DNA of 64,000 nt from assembly GCA_977020255.1 (NCBI GenBank), contig CDROCS010001673.1, forward strand, positions 310,001 to 374,000, given 5' to 3'. The position numbers and the translations under genes were made by a program. Position 1 is the stretch's first letter. Each line of letters begins with the position of its first letter. The notes under the pieces are model-generated. The model was not told the DNA's origin. It did no database searches and saw nothing but the letters and a program-made list of their open reading frames with translations. This document shows, one piece after another, positions 62,429 to 64,000 of the stretch. The DNA comes from Obrimoposthia wandeli. Lineage: Eukaryota.

Positions 62429-63587
62429 TTTGTTGTTGGGTGTGTTTTTTAATAAATTACTATGTTTTTATTTCAATTAAATAATTTGCATAAAAGCGTG
62501 AATCACCTAAAATATTGAATATTACCAATAATAACATAAAAAATAATTAAATTTTTTTAAAAATTTATTTATATTTAAAAACTTTCTTGCATAATAGCGT
62601 GAAACACAGTGTATATATATATAATATATATATACAGATAATAAAATACCAAAATTATTTTAAACACTATTATACAATTCATTTATACCTAAAAATAGTT
62701 AATCATCCGGTTTTTGCTGATAAATTAGCCCGAACAGTGTTTTGTAGCATTTTATATGTAGAAAAGTATCTTTCAATAGCAGCTGGATGCAATTTAAGAT
62801 GATTCCTTAATGGTGACTTGTTTGCTTGCGCATTTAAATACTTTAATGGCTTATTGCAAAATTTATATTTAATTATATCTGTGTCGCATTTCTCAAAATA
62901 TTTTGAAGTATTCATTTTCGAAATTAAACTTGCATAACTTAAACATTAAAAAAATTAATAAATTTTAATTGTTTATTGGCATGGTTTTTACATATTTTTT
63001 TATTAATTTCTGCGCCATTTATTGTTTTTTATATGCTATTAAAAATGCTGATCATTTAAATTCTGAGCTGTTGTCAAAAACAGCTTTGCTGTTAGAATCC
63101 CTACGAATCAGCATAAACAGTATAATTTCTAACAGATACATTCAATTTTGTTATTCAGTGTTGTTAAATGTTAGCTTGTTTAGTCGCCGCAAACGCTTGT
63201 TCGCAATATAGAGCATGTGATTTAACAATCATATGACCCACTTGAACATTCTAACATTTTCACACAGATTAATGTTCATCTACTTCTTAGCGCTCATGTG
63301 ATAGATTACCTTTGTGAACTTTGGTAAGAGCTAAACATAATTGTCAAATTGTGTCTTAGAATATCAATGTGTAACAGGTGTAGGGACCAAAGAACATTTG
63401 ATATTATTGATAGACAGAATTGATGTAATAATGAAAATGAATAAACTCGTGATATCCAATAAATACAACAGATGTAAGACTGTATTCTTGTATTTGTTTC
63501 AATAATTTTAGCTAAAATAAAACATTACAGCTAAGATTAAGAATTTTAATTTAATTCCAAGGTTATTTGAATATACATGGTCTAAAT

Positions 63588-64000
63588 CAGGGTTTTTCAA
63601 CCTTTTTTTCCACCACGGACCCCTTTAGTTTGCAGCAAATTGCTGTGGCCCCCCTCTACTATGGACAAAAAGATTACATCGTATACGTATTGTTTTCAAT
63701 TATACTATTCTGTCATGGAAACATTCAAAAATATAATCAATGAGAAAACTATATGTGACACTCTTCTCTTCACACGCTGAGACACAACACGATTACTGAT
63801 TTTAGTCCATAGATTACTCAGGATGATGATTATGCACATGCCACATCCGCCACACAAACTTTTGTAGCGCGATGATATTTTTGCAAAGGCATATTATGAT
63901 GTTTTACCGTCGGCCCTCATTGGGCTGGTACGCCCACGCAATAAGTTGACGCGTCGCGTCCATATGTATCTAGAAGTCTATACTCTGTTTTTATTCCATG
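63588..64000 (+). mobile_element. Left end of a hAT-type element running off the window
   Basis: CAGGGTTTTTCAACCTTTTTT...CGGACCCC terminus preceded by GTCTAAAT (NTCTANAN-type target). Confidence 0.65.

Noticed and set aside
62703-62915. BED zinc-finger-like ORF
   Set aside because: Only a partial match (first Cys missing) and no transposase core in the expected downstream position; too weak to call.
1-64000. rRNA, tRNA or other structured ncRNA genes
   Set aside because: None recognised; tRNA-complementary sequences are limited to two 11-nt primer-binding sites.

Overview
AT-rich eukaryotic genomic DNA, probably from an invertebrate animal (it has spliceosomal introns and a nuclear mitoribosomal gene), made mostly of nested transposable elements. 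One apparently intact host gene is present: MRPS18B in 3 exons (22805-25167). There is also a Shisa/CYYR1-like exon with an in-frame stop. The main feature is a decayed Polinton/Maverick (endogenous polintovirus, about 46960-59652) with pPolB, major and minor capsid proteins, integrase-chromodomain and packaging ATPase. It carries unusual cargo that the ORF track misses because it is spliced or frameshifted: an intron-containing TATA-binding-protein (TBP)-like gene, three tandem RING-H2 genes (one ending in a SUMO-interacting-like motif) and a spliced Cys/His + acidic-repeat + Ser/Ala/Thr extension upstream of PolB. An 11.7-kb element with Polinton-type ends (31435-43136; AGTAG termini, 6-bp TSD AACCTG) has no recognisable genes; it is a giant foldback holding about 30 copies of a 179-bp satellite. 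Also present: five members of a long solo-LTR family, four with their own minisatellites, a Ty3/gypsy element with 132-bp LTRs, and BEL, pogo, Tc1 and hAT relics. No rRNA, tRNA or CRISPR array was found. All family assignments come from manual translation and motif recognition; no database search was run.
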